Below, piece after piece: positions 22,341-32,318 of a stretch of DNA of 64,000 bases. Position 1 is the first letter of the stretch, and each line of letters begins with the position of its first letter. This DNA comes from an uncultured Acidobacteriota bacterium. GTDB lineage: Bacteria > Acidobacteriota > Thermoanaerobaculia > UBA5066 > Gp7-AA6. Location of the stretch: the NCBI GenBank assembly GCA_963764715.1, contig CAVXTP010000022.1, forward strand, positions 64,001 to 128,000. The letters run 5' to 3'. The notes under the pieces were generated by a model. It was not told the DNA's origin and did not search any database. It saw only the letters and a list, made by a program, of their open reading frames with translations. Made by a program: the position numbers and the translations under genes.

Positions 22341-23779
22341 GCAACACGGCGAAGATCGGTGCGTTCTTTCTCGCGGCTCTCGTTCTGGCGGGCCTTCTCG
22401 TCTGGAAGATCGAGGACCTGCGCTTCGGCCGGGGCAAGGGCAAGACGATCTCGGTGCAGTTCGACGACGTGGCCGGGCTCAAGGAGAAGTCCGACGTCCG
22501 CATGGCCGGCGTCCTCGTCGGCAAGGTGGCGCGCATCCGCCTCGTCGGCGGCAAGGCCCTCGTCGACATCGAGCTGACCCGCGACGTCGCGCTGCGGGAG
22601 GGCGCGTCGGCCTCGATCCAGAGCCTCGGCATGCTCGGCGACAAGTACATCGAGCTGATCCCGGGGCCGGTCGGGGGGTCGGCCCTCGCGGAAGGGGCGG
22701 TCCTGAAGGGCGAGGCGCCGGTCTCCTTCGACCAGATCACGCGGCTCGCGCGGGACATCGAGGTCGACATCCGGGACATCACCTCGAACCTCAAGGAGTC
22801 CCTGGGCGGCGCGCTCGGCGAGGAGCGCCTGACGGGCATCGTCGACAACGTGCTCGTCCTGTCCCAGGAGCTGCGCAAGATCCTGGAGGCGAACCGCGCC
22901 AACATCGACTCCACGACCGCCAACTTCAAGGAGTTCTCGAGCCAGATGACCCAGCTCGTCGACCGGATCGACCGGCTCGTCGCGGCCAACTCGGGCAACG
23001 TGACGCAGGGAGTCGAGAACGCGAAGGACCTGACCTCCAAGCTCCAGACGACGGTCGACAACATGAACGCGATCACCGGCAAGATCGCCCAGGGCCAGGG
23101 CACGGTCGGCAAGCTCGTCAACAACGACGAGACGATCAAGAACCTGAACGAGGCCCTCGTGTCGGTCAAAGAGGGCGTCGAGGACCTCACGGACGCCATG
23201 AAGAAGGTCAAGAAGCTCAACCTCGACCTCGGACTGCGCGCGGAGTACCTGACGTCCAACGGCAAGGGCAAGGCGTACTTCTCGGCCGACCTCCAGCCGG
23301 TCGGCACGCAGCGCTTCTACCGGCTCGAGCTCTCGAGCCAGCCGTACGGCGTCCGCCACGACACGACCACGATCACGACCATCACCTACCCCGACGGCCA
23401 CACCGAAGTCGTGCGTTCGGACCAGGCCGAGTTCAAGGACTCGGTCGCGATCTCGGCCGAGGTCGGCTACCGGATCGGGCACTGGGTGGGGCGGGCCGGG
23501 CTGATCGAGAACTCCGGCGGCGCGGGCCTCGACTACCTGACGCTCCAGGACCGGCTGCGCCTTTCGGCGGAGGTCTGGAACTTCTCGGACGAGGACGGCC
23601 TCAACCCGCACGCCAAGCTGAGCGGGAGGTACTACTTCACCCCGACGATCTTCCTGACGGGAGGCTGGGACGATCTGCTCAACACGAAGGCGAACCGGGA
23701 CTCGTTCTTCATCGGCGCCGGGATCCGCTGGGGCGACGACGACATGAAGTACCTGGCCGGCTCGATCCCGACGCGGTAG
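22337..23779 (+). CDS. mlaD: Long MlaD/MCE protein with helical region and C-terminal beta-rich domain
   Basis: N-terminal TM helix, GLKEKSDVRMAGVLVGKV, GMLGDKYIEL, long coiled-coil-like region, GQGTVGKL, alternating beta-strand C-terminus. Confidence 0.88.
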   Translation: MSNTAKIGAFFLAALVLAGLLVWKIEDLRFGRGKGKTISVQFDDVAGLKEKSDVRMAGVLVGKVARIRLVGGKALVDIELTRDVALREGASASIQSLGMLGDKYIELIPGPVGGSALAEGAVLKGEAPVSFDQITRLARDIEVDIRDITSNLKESLGGALGEERLTGIVDNVLVLSQELRKILEANRANIDSTTANFKEFSSQMTQLVDRIDRLVAANSGNVTQGVENAKDLTSKLQTTVDNMNAITGKIAQGQGTVGKLVNNDETIKNLNEALVSVKEGVEDLTDAMKKVKKLNLDLGLRAEYLTSNGKGKAYFSADLQPVGTQRFYRLELSSQPYGVRHDTTTITTITYPDGHTEVVRSDQAEFKDSVAISAEVGYRIGHWVGRAGLIENSGGAGLDYLTLQDRLRLSAEVWNFSDEDGLNPHAKLSGRYYFTPTIFLTGGWDDLLNTKANRDSFFIGAGIRWGDDDMKYLAGSIPTR

Positions 23780-23794
23780 AGGGAGCCAGACGCC

Positions 23795-25156
23795 ATGCCC
23801 CGCGCCGTCACGCTCTTCGCCTGCCAGTCCTGCGGCGCCACCGCGCCGAAGTGGCTGGGCCGCTGCCCCGAATGCGGCGACTGGAACTCCTACATCGAGG
23901 AGGCCCGCGAGAAGCCGGCGCCGGCGGCCGCCGTCGCGGGCGGCAGTCGCTCCGTTCCGATCGGCGAGGTCGATCCGCTCGAGGGACCGCGCTGCCCGAC
24001 CGGGCTGCCGGGCTTCGACCGCGTCCTCGGCGGCGGCCTGGTTCCCGGCTCGGTCGTGCTGCTCGGCGGCGAGCCCGGGATCGGCAAGTCGACGCTGCTC
24101 TTCCAGGCCGGGCGCGGCGTGGCGGCCGGGGGAGGCCGCGACGTGCTGTACGCGAGCGCCGAGGAGTCGGCGGCGCAGGTACGCCTGCGGGCCGAGCGGC
24201 TCGGCATCCGCGACGGGCGCCTCCTGGTGCTCGCCGAGACCGACGTCTCGCGCATCGTGGCCGAAGCCGAGGCCCGCCAGCCCGCGCTCGTCGTCGTCGA
24301 CTCCGTGCAGGCGGTCGCGAGCCCGTCGCTCGCCTCGACTCCAGGGACGGTCTCCCAGGTGCGGGCCGTCGCCGCGGAGCTGACGCGCTACGCGAAGTCG
24401 CGGGGCGTGCCCGTCCTCCTCGTCGGGCACGTCACCAAGGACGGCAGCCTCGCGGGACCGAAGTCGCTCGAGCACCTCGTCGACGCCGTCGTCTCGATCG
24501 AGGGCGACCGCGGCGGCTCGCGGCGGCTTCTCCGCGCGACCAAGAACCGCTTCGGACCGGTCGACGAGATCGCCCTGTACGAGATGACGGGGGAGGGACT
24601 GACGGAGCTGCCGGACGCCTCGGCGGTGCTCCTCGCGGAGCGGCGCCCGGGGCTTCCGGGCAGCGCGGTCACGGCGGCCCGGGAGGGCACGCGCTCGGTT
24701 CTCGTCGAGATCCAGGCCCTCGTGGGGTCCGTCTCGGCGGGATCGCCGCGCCGGGTCGCGATCGGCCTCGACGGCGGCCGCCTCGCGCTCCTGCTCGCGG
24801 TGCTCGAGGGAGCCGGGCTGGCCCTTTCGTCCCGCGAGGTCTTCGTGGCCTGCACGGGGGGAATCGAGGTCACGGAGCCGGCCGCGGACCTCGCGGTGAT
24901 CGCGGCGCTCGCCTCCTCGGCGCGCTCGGCCCCGCTTCCGGACCGCAGCGTGTTCTTCGGGGAGATCGGGCTGCTCTCCGAGGTGCGGAGGGTGCCGGCG
25001 GCCGCGTCGCGGCTGAAGGAAGCCTCGGCGCTCGGGTTCCGGACGGTGTTCCTTCCGGCCGGCAACGCCGGCGAAGCCGCGCCGTTCACGGACCTCGCCT
25101 GCCGTCCCGTCGATCGTGTGGCGGAGTTCCTCCGCGAGCTCTTCGGCAACCGCTGA
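23795..25156 (+). CDS. radA: DNA repair protein RadA/Sms
   Basis: CQSC...CPEC zinc finger, GEPGIGKST, KNRFG. Confidence 0.95.
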   Translation: MPRAVTLFACQSCGATAPKWLGRCPECGDWNSYIEEAREKPAPAAAVAGGSRSVPIGEVDPLEGPRCPTGLPGFDRVLGGGLVPGSVVLLGGEPGIGKSTLLFQAGRGVAAGGGRDVLYASAEESAAQVRLRAERLGIRDGRLLVLAETDVSRIVAEAEARQPALVVVDSVQAVASPSLASTPGTVSQVRAVAAELTRYAKSRGVPVLLVGHVTKDGSLAGPKSLEHLVDAVVSIEGDRGGSRRLLRATKNRFGPVDEIALYEMTGEGLTELPDASAVLLAERRPGLPGSAVTAAREGTRSVLVEIQALVGSVSAGSPRRVAIGLDGGRLALLLAVLEGAGLALSSREVFVACTGGIEVTEPAADLAVIAALASSARSAPLPDRSVFFGEIGLLSEVRRVPAAASRLKEASALGFRTVFLPAGNAGEAAPFTDLACRPVDRVAEFLRELFGNR

Positions 25157-25195
25157 GGGCGGGGGCCTCCGGGACGACCGGAGTCGGGCCCGGGG

Positions 25196-26092
25196 CTAGG
25201 ACGTCAGGTGCTCCGGCATCGCGTCCGTGATCCGGCGGAAGGCGTCGAGGTACTTCTCGCGCGTCGTCCGGACGACGCCCTCCGGCAGCTTCGGGGCCGG
25301 CGGCTTCTTGTCCCAGCCCGTCGATTCCAGCCAGTCCCGGACGAACTGCTTGTCGAACGAGGCCTGGCCCCGGCCGGGCTGATAGAGCGTCGCGTCCCAG
25401 TAACGGGAGGAGTCGGGCGTGAAGGCCTCGTCGATCCAGATGATCCGGTCGTCGAGGCGGCCGAACTCGAGCTTGGTGTCGGCGAGGATCAGGCCCCGGG
25501 ACGCCGCATAGTCGGCGGCGCGGGAGTAGAGCGAAAGCGTCATGTCGCGCAGACGCTCGGCTTCGCCCTCGGGCAGGTCGCGGGCCATCCGCTCGAAGGA
25601 GATGTTTTCGTCGTGGCCGGTCTCGGCCTTCGTCGCCGGCGTGAAGATCGGCTCCGGCAGCCGGTCGGACTCCCGGAGGCCTTCCGGAAGGCGGATGCCG
25701 CAGACGTGGCCGGTCTTCCGGTACTCGGCCCAGCCGGAGCCCGCGAGGTACCCGCGGGCGACGCACTCGAACGGGATGACCTCGCACTTGCGGACGATCA
25801 CGGACCGCCCTTCGAGCTGCGCCGCGTCGGCCTGGAGCTCCTCCGGAAAGCGGGAGACGTCCGTCTCGAGGAGGTGGTTCTCGACGTCGGCGAACTTCCG
25901 GAACCAGAAGTTGGAGAGCTGGTTCAGGATCTTGCCCTTGTCGGGTATCCCGGGGGAGAGGACCACGTCGAAGGCCGAGATCCGGTCGCTCGCGACAAGG
26001 AGTAAAGAGTGGTCGAGATCGTAGAGCTCGCGGACTTTTCCGCGGCGGGAGAGGCGCGCGCTCGCCAGATGCGTTTCGGTAATGGCCGTCAT
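25196..26092 (-). CDS. purC: SAICAR synthase
   Basis: GKVRELY, SDRISAFD, ECVARGY, DTKLEFG, TPDSSRYW, DKQFVRDW. Confidence 0.95.
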   Translation of the reverse strand: MTAITETHLASARLSRRGKVRELYDLDHSLLLVASDRISAFDVVLSPGIPDKGKILNQLSNFWFRKFADVENHLLETDVSRFPEELQADAAQLEGRSVIVRKCEVIPFECVARGYLAGSGWAEYRKTGHVCGIRLPEGLRESDRLPEPIFTPATKAETGHDENISFERMARDLPEGEAERLRDMTLSLYSRAADYAASRGLILADTKLEFGRLDDRIIWIDEAFTPDSSRYWDATLYQPGRGQASFDKQFVRDWLESTGWDKKPPAPKLPEGVVRTTREKYLDAFRRITDAMPEHLTS

Positions 26093-26142
26093 GGGCCGGT
26101 GAAGTTAGCACAGCCCGCGGCTCTGTTATCGTAGGGGGCCCC

Positions 26143-27600
26143 ATGCGAATGCGATTGACGGATTCCCCGCCTCGCCGCGCCTCGGCCGTCCGGGTCGCTT
26201 TTCTGCACGAATCCCCGGACCCGGCCCGGGGCGCCCCGCCGAAGGTGGCCGCCGCGTTGCGGGCGGCCGTCCGCGCCTCGGGATTCCGGGGCAAGGAGAA
26301 GGAGGTCGTCACGGCGGGCTCGGGCGCAGGGGCCTGGACGCTCTGCGGCCTCGGTCCGGCGCCCGCGTCGGCGACCCGGTGGCGCGGCGTGCTCCGCCGG
26401 GCGGTCCGCGACGCGCTCTCCCGGCCCGGCCGGCCCATCGTGCTCGCGTTCGGCGCCGGAGTCTCGGAGGCCGATTTCCGGGCGCTGCTTCCCCAGATCG
26501 CCCTGGCGGATTACGCCTTCGACCGCTACAAGTCCGCCGGCGCGCCGAAGAAGGCGGCCGGGACCGTCGACGTCGTGCCGCCGCCCGGCATGACCGCCGC
26601 GAGCCTCGCCGGCGCGGCCCGGGATGCCCGGGGGGTCGCGGAGGCCGTCGTCTGGGCGCGCGACGTCGGCAATACTCCCGGAAACGATCTCGGCCCGGTC
26701 GAGCTCGCGGCCGAGGCGCGAAAGCTCTGCGCCCGCCATCGGCTGCGCTTCCGCGCCCTCGACCGCCGGCAGATCGAAAAGGAGAAGATGGGCGGCCTTC
26801 TCGGCGTCAACGCCGGCAGCGCCCGCCCGCCCCTCCTGCTGATCGGCGAGCATGCCCCCGCCCGGCCGCGCGGCACCGCGGTCCTCGTCGGGAAGGGCAT
26901 CACGTTCGACTCCGGCGGGATCTCGCTCAAGCCGGCCCCGGCGATGGGAGAGATGAAGTACGACATGATGGGCGCCGCCACCGTCTTCGCCTGCCTCGCG
27001 GCGGCGAAGGCCCAGCGTCTGCCGGTGCGCGTCGTCGCGCTCGCGCCGGTCACCGAGAACATGCCGGGCGGCTCGGCGCAGCGTCCGGGCGACATCCTCC
27101 GCATGCGCAACGGCAAGACCGTCGAGGTCGACAACACCGACGCCGAGGGGCGGCTCGTCCTGGGCGACGCCCTCTCGTACGCCGAGAAATTCAAGCCCGA
27201 CGTCCTCGTCGATTACGCGACGCTGACGGGCGCGGTCCTGATCGCGCTCGGCCACGAGTGCGCCGGGCTGATGACCGACGACGCCGCGCTCGCCGCGGCG
27301 CTCGAGTCGGCGGGCGAGGCCACGGGCGAACGGGTATGGCGGCTGCCCCTGTGGCCGGAATACCGCGACAACCTCCGGTCGGAGTGGGCCGACATGAGGA
27401 ACACGGGGGGGCGATCCGCCGGAACGATCAACGCCGGGATCTTCCTCAAGGAGTTCGTGCCGAAGAACGTTCCGTGGGCGCACCTCGACGTCGCGGGCGT
27501 GGCCCATTTCGAGAAGGAACAGAGCGGCTGGCCGCCGGGGGCCTCCGGCTTCGGCGTGGCCCTGACGATGGAGTTCCTCCGGAAGCGATTCGGCGCGTAG
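26143..27600 (+). CDS. pepA: Leucyl aminopeptidase (M17)
   Basis: GKGITFDSGG, MKYDM, NTDAEGRL, ATLTGA, WAHLDVAG. Confidence 0.92.
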   Translation: MRMRLTDSPPRRASAVRVAFLHESPDPARGAPPKVAAALRAAVRASGFRGKEKEVVTAGSGAGAWTLCGLGPAPASATRWRGVLRRAVRDALSRPGRPIVLAFGAGVSEADFRALLPQIALADYAFDRYKSAGAPKKAAGTVDVVPPPGMTAASLAGAARDARGVAEAVVWARDVGNTPGNDLGPVELAAEARKLCARHRLRFRALDRRQIEKEKMGGLLGVNAGSARPPLLLIGEHAPARPRGTAVLVGKGITFDSGGISLKPAPAMGEMKYDMMGAATVFACLAAAKAQRLPVRVVALAPVTENMPGGSAQRPGDILRMRNGKTVEVDNTDAEGRLVLGDALSYAEKFKPDVLVDYATLTGAVLIALGHECAGLMTDDAALAAALESAGEATGERVWRLPLWPEYRDNLRSEWADMRNTGGRSAGTINAGIFLKEFVPKNVPWAHLDVAGVAHFEKEQSGWPPGASGFGVALTMEFLRKRFGA

Positions 27601-27657
27601 CTCCCCGCGCGCGGCCGTTTGACTCGCCCGGACCCCTTTGTTACGGTTTCGCGCGCC

Positions 27658-28440
27658 ATGCCCCTGAGAGACTTTCCGATCGGCCCCGCGGGCGAAGATG
27701 TCTTCCCGCGCTTCGTCGCCCGGCTGGCCGAAAAGCTGGACGACCCGTCGCTCGACCGGAACGTGATCGTGCGGGACGCCCTCGCGCAGCTCTATCTCGG
27801 CCGGACCGTCGACCACGAGGCGATCCTGGCCGATCCGGACGTTCCGCTCGCGACGAAGACCCTCGTGGCGACCTTCGACCCGCGCAACGCGACGCTCGAG
27901 GCCGAGTACTACCGGGAGCTCGACCCCGTCCGATGGGCCCCCGTCAAGCCCCTCCTCTGGTTCTGGCAGATGTTCGATCACTCTCCCGTCGGCCGGAACG
28001 TCCGCCTCGGGACGCAGATGCGCTACATGCTCGCGCAGCGGGTCTTCAAGAAGTGCGGAAAGAAGGTCCGCATCTTCCACGAGGTCGAGCTCTCGTTCGG
28101 CTACAACCTGTCGGTCGGCGACAACGTCACGATCCACCGCAACGTCCTGATCGACGACCGCGGGGAGGTCGTGATCGGCGACGACGCCTCGATCTCGGAC
28201 TACGCCAACATCTACTCCCACGCTCACGCCGTCGAGGACATCCAGGACGTCTCGCTGGCGCGGACCGAGATCGGCGAGCGCTCCCGCGTCACCTATCACT
28301 CCGTGATCCTCTCGGGTGTCAAGGTGGGCAAGGACGCCATCGTGGGCTCGATGGGCGTCGCTTCCAAGCCCGTCGACCCGGGAGCGATCGTCGGCGGGAT
28401 CCCGGCCCGGCCGATCGCGCAGAAGAGCGTCAAGCCGTAG
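27658..28440 (+). CDS. Hexapeptide-repeat (left-handed beta-helix) acyltransferase
   Basis: VGDNVTI, IGDDASI, GVKVGKDAIVG, GGIPARPI. Confidence 0.82.
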   Translation: MPLRDFPIGPAGEDVFPRFVARLAEKLDDPSLDRNVIVRDALAQLYLGRTVDHEAILADPDVPLATKTLVATFDPRNATLEAEYYRELDPVRWAPVKPLLWFWQMFDHSPVGRNVRLGTQMRYMLAQRVFKKCGKKVRIFHEVELSFGYNLSVGDNVTIHRNVLIDDRGEVVIGDDASISDYANIYSHAHAVEDIQDVSLARTEIGERSRVTYHSVILSGVKVGKDAIVGSMGVASKPVDPGAIVGGIPARPIAQKSVKP

Positions 28441-28456
28441 CGGTAGACTCTCCCGC

Positions 28457-30121
28457 GTGCTCCGTCGGCTGACGGTCAAGAATCTCGCGATCGTCGAGGA
28501 CCTCGAGCTCGAGCTCGATCGCGGCCTCACGGTCGTGACCGGAGAGACCGGCGCCGGCAAGTCGATCCTGGTCGATGCCCTCGCCCTGATCGCCGGGGGC
28601 CGGGGCTCGGCCGACCTGATCCGCCAGGGGGCCGCGCGGTTGACGGTGTCGGCCGAGTTCGACGCGGGCCCCGCGGTGCGCGCGCTGCTCGCGGAGGCGG
28701 GCCTTCCCGAGGCGGACCGCGTGCTCCTGCGCCGGGAGCTCACCCCGGACGGGCGGGGACGGGCGTTCGTCGAGGACGAGCCGGCGGCGGTCCGCACGCT
28801 CGCCCGCCTCGGCGAGCGCCTCGTCGCGATCCACGGGCAGAGCTCGGAGCAGGAGCTGACCGACGCGGGGACGGCGCTCGAGCTGCTCGACGCCTTCGCG
28901 AAGACGGAGGACGAGCGCGAGGCCGTCGCGGCGGCGGCCGCGCGATGGAGCGAAGCCCGGGACCGTCTCGCGGCCCTCGAGACGTCGCGCCGGCAGCGCG
29001 AAGAGCGCCTGGAGACGCTCGATTACCAGGTCCGCGAGATCGAATCCGTGGGCCCGACGGAGGCCGAGGAGGGCGACCTTCCCGCCGAGCGCGGCCGGCT
29101 GCTCCACGCCGACCGGATCCGGGGAGCGGGGGAGGCCGCGCTGAACGCGCTCTCGGAAGCCGAAGGCTCGGCCGCCGACCGCCTGGGCGAGGCCGCCCGC
29201 GCGTTCGCGGAGCTCGCCTCGATCGACGCCCGCCTCGCGGCCCACCGCGACGAGGCCGAAGACCTCAAGCGGCGCATCGCCGACCTCGCGGCCGCGGCGC
29301 GGGACGCCGCCGCGTCGATCGAGGACGACCCGTCCCGGCTGACGGCGGTCGAAACCCGCCTCGAGCAGCTTTCGCGCCTCAGGAAGAAGTACGGCGCGAC
29401 CATGACCGAGGTCCTGGCGCGCCTCGCGGACCTCAAGGAAGAGCGGGCCGAGCTTTCGAACGTCGAGGACGCGCTCGGGCGCCGGCGCAAGGACGCCGCC
29501 CTCGCCGAGGAGGCGTACCGTGCGGCGGCGGCGGCCCTCTCGCGCCGGCGAAAGGCGGCGGCGGAGAAGTTTTCCTCCGAGGTCGAGAAGGAGCTCCGGG
29601 GCCTCGCCCTCGAGAAGGCGAGGCTGCGGGTCGCCCTCGAGGACCTCGCGCCGGACGCCCCCCGCTCCAACGGCCTGGAGCGCGCGGTCTTTCTCTTCGC
29701 GCCGAACCCGGGCGAGCCCGAGAAACCCCTCGAGAAGATCGCCTCGGGGGGCGAGCTTTCCCGGCTGCAGCTCGCGATCCGGTCCGTCGCCGCCGGGAAG
29801 AAGGGCGCCGGGCGCACGCTCGTGTTCGACGAGGTCGACGCCGGCATCGGAGGGCGCGTGGCCGAGGTCGTCGGCAAGAAGCTGAGGGGCCTGGCGGCGC
29901 AGGACCAGGTCCTGTGCGTGACCCACGTCCCGCAGATTGCCGCGCTCGCCGCGACGCACTACCTCGCCGAGAAGCGGGAGTCCCGGGGTCGCACGGTCGC
30001 CCTCGTGCGGCGGCTGGAGGGCCCCGAGCGGGTCGCGGAGATCGCCCGGATGCTGGCGGGCGAGAAGGTGCCCGACACGGCCTTGAAGCACGCCCGGACG
30101 CTCCTGGAGGCGGCGCGGTGA
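28457..30121 (+). CDS. recN: DNA repair protein RecN
   Basis: TGETGAGKS, IHGQ, coiled coil, ASGGELSR, FDEVDAGIGG, THVPQIAA. Confidence 0.95.
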   Translation: MLRRLTVKNLAIVEDLELELDRGLTVVTGETGAGKSILVDALALIAGGRGSADLIRQGAARLTVSAEFDAGPAVRALLAEAGLPEADRVLLRRELTPDGRGRAFVEDEPAAVRTLARLGERLVAIHGQSSEQELTDAGTALELLDAFAKTEDEREAVAAAAARWSEARDRLAALETSRRQREERLETLDYQVREIESVGPTEAEEGDLPAERGRLLHADRIRGAGEAALNALSEAEGSAADRLGEAARAFAELASIDARLAAHRDEAEDLKRRIADLAAAARDAAASIEDDPSRLTAVETRLEQLSRLRKKYGATMTEVLARLADLKEERAELSNVEDALGRRRKDAALAEEAYRAAAAALSRRRKAAAEKFSSEVEKELRGLALEKARLRVALEDLAPDAPRSNGLERAVFLFAPNPGEPEKPLEKIASGGELSRLQLAIRSVAAGKKGAGRTLVFDEVDAGIGGRVAEVVGKKLRGLAAQDQVLCVTHVPQIAALAATHYLAEKRESRGRTVALVRRLEGPERVAEIARMLAGEKVPDTALKHARTLLEAAR

Positions 30122-31146
30122 GCGGCGACGCGCGCCATTCCCGGTCCATCCTCTTCCCCGGGATCGGGGAAGAGGGTCAGGCACGCATTTCGCGCTTCTC
30201 GATCGCTTTCGTCGGGGCCGGCGCCGTGGGCGCGGCCGCCGCCGAGACGGCCGTGCGCGCCGGGTTCGGCCGGCTGACGATCGTCGACCGCGACGTGGTC
30301 GAGCCCTCGAACCTGGCGAGGCAGTTCCTCTACGACGCCGAGGACGCCGCCCGGATCGCGCCCAAGGCCGAGGCGGCGGCGGCGCGGCTCCACGAGATCG
30401 ATCCGTCGGTCCCGGTGCGCGCCGTCGTCGCGGACCTCGACGCGGAGAACGCCCGCGAGGTCCTCGCGGACCACGACGTCGTCTTCGACGGCTCGGACAA
30501 CTTCGAGACGCGGCTGCTCGTTTCGGATGCCGCGCGCGCCCTCGGCCGTCCGTCGGTCTACGCGGCCTGCGTCGGCGCCGAGGGGCGGGTCGCGGTTTCG
30601 GTCCCCGGGCGGACGCCCTGCCTGCGCTGCTTCCTCGAGGAGCTTCCCCCGGCGGGCTCGGGCCCGACGTGCGACACGGTCGGCGTCGTTCCGACGCTGC
30701 CGCCCCTCGTCGCGTCCCTCGGCATGACGGAGGTGCTGCGGCTGGCCTGCGGGAACGTCCCCTCGCCCGGGATGCTGGTGCTCTCGGCCTGGGACGGCGG
30801 CTTCTCCTCGCGGCGGCTGTTCGAGGCCGCGCGGCCCTCGCCGGCCTGCCCGGTCTGCGCGCGCGGCCGGTATCCCGCGCTCGAGGGAGAGGGCGCGTCG
30901 GAGCTCGTCAAGCTCTGCGGCCGCCAGTCCGTCCAGGTGCGGCCGGCCGCTCGCTCCCGGCCCGACTTCGACCTGCTCGAGCGCCGGCTTTCGCCGCTCG
31001 GCCGCGTGCGGCGCTCGCCCCAGCTCCTGAACGCGGACGTCGAGGACGTCAGCCTGACGGTCTTTCCCGACGGGCGCTGCGTCGTGCGCGGGACCGCCGA
31101 CCCGATGCGGGCGCGGTCGCTCTACGACCGTTACATCGGAAGCTGA
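30118..31146 (+). CDS. ThiF/MoeB family adenylyltransferase
   Basis: GAGAVG, DRDVVEPSNLARQ, DGSDNF, CLRC, CDTVGV, CPVC, CGRQSVQV. Confidence 0.88.
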   Translation: MSGDARHSRSILFPGIGEEGQARISRFSIAFVGAGAVGAAAAETAVRAGFGRLTIVDRDVVEPSNLARQFLYDAEDAARIAPKAEAAAARLHEIDPSVPVRAVVADLDAENAREVLADHDVVFDGSDNFETRLLVSDAARALGRPSVYAACVGAEGRVAVSVPGRTPCLRCFLEELPPAGSGPTCDTVGVVPTLPPLVASLGMTEVLRLACGNVPSPGMLVLSAWDGGFSSRRLFEAARPSPACPVCARGRYPALEGEGASELVKLCGRQSVQVRPAARSRPDFDLLERRLSPLGRVRRSPQLLNADVEDVSLTVFPDGRCVVRGTADPMRARSLYDRYIGS

Positions 31147-31148
31147 GC

Positions 31149-31760
31149 GTGCGGCGGATCGCCCTCGAGGACCTCCTCGCCTCGCCCGAGGAGTCGGCCG
31201 CCCTGGGGCAGCGGCTCGGCCGCGGGGGAGTCGCCGCGATCCCGACCGAGAGCTTCTACGGGCTGGCCGCCGATCCGCGCAGCCGCGAAGGCGTCGAGCG
31301 CATCCTCGCGCTCAAGGGCCGCGACGCGGCGAAGGCGCTCCTGGTGCTCTTCGCGAAGCGCGCGCAGCTCGAGGACCTGGGCGTGGCGGCGCCGCCCGCG
31401 ACGCTCGCGAGGTTCTTCGGTCTGTGGCCCGCGCCGCTGACGGTCGTCCTCCCGCTCCGCGCGCCGATCCCCGCCTCGCTCGGCCGGCCGAACCTCGGCG
31501 TCCGGATGCCGGCGCACGCACCCCTGCGCCGGCTGCTGGAGCGGATCGGGCCGGTCACGGCGACGAGCGCCAATCGGTCGGGCACCGAGCCGTGCGTCGA
31601 TCCGGACGAGGTCGCCCGGCTCTTCCCGGCCGAGCTCGACGTGCTCGTCGACGGCGGGCGCACGCCCGGCGGCCTCGCGTCGACCGTCGTCGACGCGACC
31701 CTCGATCCGCCGCGGCTGCTGCGCGCGGGAGCCTTCCCGTGGCCGCCGGAGAGCCGCTGA
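31149..31760 (+). CDS. tsaC: L-threonylcarbamoyladenylate synthase (YrdC/Sua5 N-domain)
   Basis: PTESFYGL, KGR, WPAPLT, TSANRSG, STVVD. Confidence 0.88.
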   Translation: MRRIALEDLLASPEESAALGQRLGRGGVAAIPTESFYGLAADPRSREGVERILALKGRDAAKALLVLFAKRAQLEDLGVAAPPATLARFFGLWPAPLTVVLPLRAPIPASLGRPNLGVRMPAHAPLRRLLERIGPVTATSANRSGTEPCVDPDEVARLFPAELDVLVDGGRTPGGLASTVVDATLDPPRLLRAGAFPWPPESR

Positions 31761-31784
31761 TTCCGTGCTAAATTGCGCGTTTTC

Positions 31785-32318
31785 ATGGGCATCCTGAAAG
31801 CATACGCGGGAAAATCCCCGAGCCTCGGAGCGCGCGTCTACCTCGCCGAGACGGCCGCCGTGATCGGCGACGTCGTCCTCGGGGACGACGTGTCGGTCTG
31901 GTACAACTCCGTCGTCCGCGGGGACTGTCACTTCATCCGGATCGGCGCCCGGACCAACATCCAGGACAACTGCGCCATCCACGTGACGGCCGGGACGCAC
32001 CCCACGGTGCTCGAAGAGGAGGTCACCCTCGGCCACGGCGCGATCGTTCACGGCGCGACCGTGCGGCGCGGGGCCCTGATCGGGATCCGCGCCACCGTCA
32101 TGGACGGGGCCGACGTCGGCGAGTCGGCCTTCATCGGGGCCGGGGCGCTCGTGACGCCGCGGACGATCGTTCCGCCGCGGACGCTCTGGCTGGGCTCGCC
32201 GGCCCGCAAGGCCCGTGACCTCTCGGACGCCGAGGTCGAAGATCTCAAGCACTACCACCGCAACTACCTGGGCTACAAAGAGGAGTACTTCAAGACCGAC
32301 GGGGCCTCCCCCCGGTGA
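31785..32318 (+). CDS. Gamma carbonic anhydrase family protein
   Basis: VIGDV, VRGD, NIQD, H, GHGAIVHG. Confidence 0.88.
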   Translation: MGILKAYAGKSPSLGARVYLAETAAVIGDVVLGDDVSVWYNSVVRGDCHFIRIGARTNIQDNCAIHVTAGTHPTVLEEEVTLGHGAIVHGATVRRGALIGIRATVMDGADVGESAFIGAGALVTPRTIVPPRTLWLGSPARKARDLSDAEVEDLKHYHRNYLGYKEEYFKTDGASPR

